Source: Callorhinchus milii
Lineage: Eukaryota
Assembly (NCBI RefSeq): GCF_018977255.1
Contig: NW_024704743.1
Coordinates: 98,086,001-98,150,000, forward strand
Direction of reading: 5' to 3'
DNA: 64,000 nt
The stretch's first letter is position 1. The number at the start of each line of letters is the position of its first letter. Position numbers and translations under genes: made by a program. A model generated the notes under the pieces. That model was not told the origin of the DNA, did not search any database, and saw nothing but the letters and a program-made list of their open reading frames with translations. This document shows, in pieces, positions 63,860 through 64,000 of this stretch.

Positions 63860-64000
63860 CTTTTATAGCTTATGGTGAACTTTACACTCAAATATTGAGA
63901 TATTTATGATCATCTCTTGAAAATAAATTTTTCATTGACAAAGAAATAGTTGAAATTTTAAATGGGCTTCAGATAAACAGTCATAATGGCCCATACTGTA

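Overview
64 kb of AT-rich, repeat-dense vertebrate DNA, read by eye; coordinates are approximate unless a target-site duplication (TSD) fixes them. The repeat inventory (CR1 and L2 LINEs, tRNA-headed Deu-type SINEs with L2-type tails, Penelope-like fragments with minimal hammerhead motifs, Tx1 and R4/Dong fragments) points to a cartilaginous fish, possibly a chimaera (inference). I found no convincing intact host gene, RNA gene, CRISPR array or novel multi-gene system. The window looks like a large intron or gene desert, and every recognisable protein motif comes from a decayed retroelement. The most informative structures are: (1) a multi-element nested L2/L2/SINE stack at 28.9-32.7 kb; (2) an L2-SINE pair sharing a 3' stem-loop, with SINE subfamily and tail-loop variants; (3) Penelope-like insertions with TSDs, including an inverted-repeat form; (4) an R4/Dong fragment inside the (TAA)n tail of a SINE; (5) a hAT MITE with an 8-bp TSD and a perfect 26-bp hairpin; (6) a seven-copy repeat I cannot assign to a family; (7) a local templated insertion that was later duplicated.
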